A stretch of DNA of 64,000 bases, taken from positions 16,451 through 80,450 of the forward strand of contig JALSNJ010000040.1 of NCBI GenBank assembly GCA_026987025.1, read 5' to 3'. The stretch comes from Candidatus Aminicenantes bacterium. Lineage in GTDB: Bacteria; Acidobacteriota; Aminicenantia; S016-38. The notes beneath the pieces are model-generated. The model was not told the DNA's origin. It saw only the letters and a program-made list of their open reading frames with translations, and searched no databases. Shown here one piece after another: positions 61,698 through 64,000 of the stretch (position 1 is its first letter; the number at the start of each line of letters is the position of its first letter). Position numbers and translations under genes: made by a program.

Positions 61698-61736
61698 TTG
61701 ACAAAATTTTTAAGGGTTGTTGACAAAAATTGTCAA
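61698..61736. promoter_or_regulatory. Candidate enhancer (bEBP binding sites) for the pilin sigma-54 promoter
   Basis: Inverted repeat TTGACAA-AAA-TTGTCAA (61720-61736) plus degenerate copy TTGACAAAATTTTTAA (61698-61713) starting 22 bp away; about -70 to -95 from the predicted +1. Confidence 0.65.
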
Positions 61737-62569
61737 ACAAGCTCCAACAGCCTTTCAAAAACCTCCTCCACCGAGATTTCCCTTATGTTTTCCTTCTTTA
61801 TAATGTTTTCCTTCTGGTTCCAGGGAGCTGTGAGCTCAGGGTGGGTGGCGCTTCCAAAGAGGGAGAGGACCGCTGTTCCCATGGCGTCCGCCAAGTGGAT
61901 GGGTCCGGTGTCGTTGCCGCAAACGATTCTTGCCCGGGCTAAGATCTCCTTCAATCCAAGTATATTTGGAGTGGAGTAGGGGAGGTTTCCGGAGGCCTCC
62001 TGAAGGAGCTCCTTTTCCTTCTCAGAACCCACATATAAAACCGAAAGTCTTTTCCCCCTTAGCCTTTCCCCCAATTCCCTGTAGTTTCTGGCAGGCCACC
62101 TTTTTGACGCCCTGGAGCCCCCAGGGATGAGGACCACATCTATTTCCTTTTCCTGAACCGGTGGCCTCAGGCGAACCTCGGCTTTTAGTTTTTTGCCCAT
62201 TAAATATTCCGCCAGCCTGAGGTACTGCAGAACCTGATGCTGTCTTTCCCATGGGACCCGGTCCGTAAGGAGCGCTCCCCTCATATCCTTAGGGTATCCC
62301 ACCCTTCTTTTAATTCCGCAAATCAGAAAGTTAAGGGCTGAGGAGAAGGAATTGGTGAAAAGAAGACCGATTTCCCGAACCGGGGCGCAGGAGAAAAGGT
62401 GGCGGAAAGGGTATATCCCCCGATAGAAACCCTCGCCGTAAAAAAGCTCACCGAGCCATGGTTTTCCCAGAAGGTAAACCTTAAATTCCTTAGACAGATT
62501 CCTGAGGGCCCCTACGGCCATGACAGAGTCGCCGAGCCAATTGGGCATTCTTACCAGAATCTCTTTCAT
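61733..62569 (-). CDS. waaF: LPS heptosyltransferase II (GT9)
   Basis: RMPNWLGDSVM, NSFSSA, SKRWP, NDTGPIHLADA, LFGS; start placed at ATG 62569. Confidence 0.88.
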   Translation of the reverse strand: MKEILVRMPNWLGDSVMAVGALRNLSKEFKVYLLGKPWLGELFYGEGFYRGIYPFRHLFSCAPVREIGLLFTNSFSSALNFLICGIKRRVGYPKDMRGALLTDRVPWERQHQVLQYLRLAEYLMGKKLKAEVRLRPPVQEKEIDVVLIPGGSRASKRWPARNYRELGERLRGKRLSVLYVGSEKEKELLQEASGNLPYSTPNILGLKEILARARIVCGNDTGPIHLADAMGTAVLSLFGSATHPELTAPWNQKENIIKKENIREISVEEVFERLLELV

Positions 62570-62593
62570 GGTGAATATGTTAAAATTTTTTCC

Positions 62594-63805
62594 GTGCTTT
62601 TGGAAGTATTTACTTATCTGTTGGCCCCCTTTCCCCTTTTTTATTTTTACGCCTCCAGCAAGTTGAAGGGCCGGGAGTTTGAAGTTAAAGGAAAGTTTAA
62701 CCCTCCTGACCTGCCCTCCAAGGAAAAGAGGCGCCTTTGGTTCCACGGGGTTTCCGTGGGGGAGGTGCTTTCCCTGGCTCCGCTTCTGAAAAGGATGGCA
62801 GAGGAGGATTTTGAGCTCCTTCTCTCCACCACCACCTCCACCGGTTATCGTGTGGCCAAGAGGAAATTTCCATCCGTTCCGGTGTTTTATTTTCCCCTGG
62901 ACCTTCCTCATGTGGTGGAAAAATTCCTCAAGAGGATACAACCCGACGGCATCGTAATAGCCGAGACGGAGTTGTGGCCCAATTTTATTAAAAGAGCCTG
63001 TAAAAGGGATATAAAGCTGTTCATAGTGAATGGAAGGCTTTCTTTAAAGAGCCTTCGCTGGTATAAAAGAATAAAGCCGTTGATGAAGAACCTGCTGGGC
63101 TGTTTCCACTGCATCTGCGTTCAGAACGAGGAATATCGTCAACGCTTCCTTCAAATAGGGGCACCCCGGAATAAGCTCTTTGTAACCGGGAACATGAAGG
63201 CGGATTTTGAGATAAAACCGGAGGTTTCCCTGAAAATAAAGGAACCTTACATAGTGGCCGGTAGCACCATGGACAGGGAGGAAGATGCCTTTGTTCTGGA
63301 GGCTTTTAAAGGTTTTGACAAAAGGGGAAAGCTGATAATAGCCCCCAGGCACCCTGAAAGGGCCGAGCAGACCCTGGAAGCCGCCCTGGAGGCCGGCTTT
63401 CTTCCGGTGAGAAGGACAGCTTGGGACGGAAGGGGAGATTGGCAGGTCATGGTGCTGGATACCATGGGGGAGCTTGCAGGCCTTTACGAAGGAGCCCTGC
63501 TTTCCATCATCGGGGGAAGCATCAAGCCCTTCGGAGGACACAACCTCCTGGAGCCGGCATATTTTTCCTCCCCCATAGCCTTTGGTCCCCACATGGAAAA
63601 CTTCTTTGATTTAGCGGAACAGTTCCTGAGCGAGGGAGCTGCCCTCCTTTTTAAAAACCCCGAGGAGCTGAGGTATATCATTGAGAAGGCCTTTGGCGGG
63701 GAATTGGAGGAAGTGGGCCGAAGGGCCAGGGGGCTTCTGGAAAAGTTAAAAGGAGCGGTGAATGATAATGCTTCTTTCATATTATCAGCTTTTAAAAGTC
63801 CTTAG
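62594..63805 (+). CDS. waaA: Kdo transferase
   Basis: WFHGVSVGE, STTTSTG, YFPLD, ETELWPN, NGRLS, GNMK, APRHPER, DTMGEL, GGHNLLEPA; start placed at GTG 62594. Confidence 0.95.
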   Translation: MLLEVFTYLLAPFPLFYFYASSKLKGREFEVKGKFNPPDLPSKEKRRLWFHGVSVGEVLSLAPLLKRMAEEDFELLLSTTTSTGYRVAKRKFPSVPVFYFPLDLPHVVEKFLKRIQPDGIVIAETELWPNFIKRACKRDIKLFIVNGRLSLKSLRWYKRIKPLMKNLLGCFHCICVQNEEYRQRFLQIGAPRNKLFVTGNMKADFEIKPEVSLKIKEPYIVAGSTMDREEDAFVLEAFKGFDKRGKLIIAPRHPERAEQTLEAALEAGFLPVRRTAWDGRGDWQVMVLDTMGELAGLYEGALLSIIGGSIKPFGGHNLLEPAYFSSPIAFGPHMENFFDLAEQFLSEGAALLFKNPEELRYIIEKAFGGELEEVGRRARGLLEKLKGAVNDNASFILSAFKSP

Positions 63806-64000
63806 TCCCCTGGTTTTCCTTTACCGGTGGGGGGTTTTTCTCAGGAGGTTTTTTACAAAGGGTAAGGTCCCTCCCCTTCCGGTGGTCTCTGTGGGGAACA
63901 TAGCCTTCGGCGGAACCGGCAAGACCCCCGTTAGCATCCACATCGCTAAGGTTATGGCGGAAAAAGGGAGGAAGGTGGGGGTTGGCTTAAGAGGATACGG
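63762..64000 (+). CDS. lpxK: Tetraacyldisaccharide 4'-kinase (5' part; runs off window)
   Basis: Translated by hand from ATG 63762 (SD AGGAG): ...PVVSVGNIAFGGTGKTP...GLRGY. Confidence 0.93.
   Translation, partial: MIMLLSYYQLLKVLSPLVFLYRWGVFLRRFFTKGKVPPLPVVSVGNIAFGGTGKTPVSIHIAKVMAEKGRKVGVGLRGY

Noticed and set aside
62399-62941. Long antiparallel overlap between waaF and waaA ORFs
   Set aside because: Artefact of upstream alternative starts; homology begins at 62569 and 62594.

Overview
A gene-dense (about 50% GC, AGG/ATA-rich) chromosomal segment from a diderm, probably thermophilic anaerobic bacterium (inferred from LPS genes lpxK/waaA/waaF, His-type Thi4, butyrate kinase and DUF505). Most of it is housekeeping: 3 tRNAs, lepB, trkH, folD-XPB-coaD-glcD, nrdR-hsp20-lon-thiL, phoH-HD-ybeY-corC-era-cutA, ileS-lspA-lgt-rluD, gap-pgk-tpiA-secG-tRNA-Leu-mscS-purSQL and thi4-accA-lonC. 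I saw no CRISPR array, rRNA, transposase or integrase. The best candidate for an undescribed system is at 1063-5699. A consensus sigma-54 promoter (TGGCAC-N5-TTGCT) sits directly upstream of an operon encoding a REC-DUF4388(PATAN)-Roadblock fusion with a strong in-frame internal start, a predicted NO-selective H-NOX sensor, a frameshifted Roadblock and an intact Roadblock. It is divergent from a soluble histidine kinase and a sigma-54 activator, and no MglA-like GTPase is present. Other points of interest: two orphan family-5 binding proteins coupled to a sensor kinase, many apparently leaderless genes, a 35-aa basic ORF missing from the ORF track, a FolD lacking cyclohydrolase residues, and a sigma-54 pilin gene with a palindromic enhancer.
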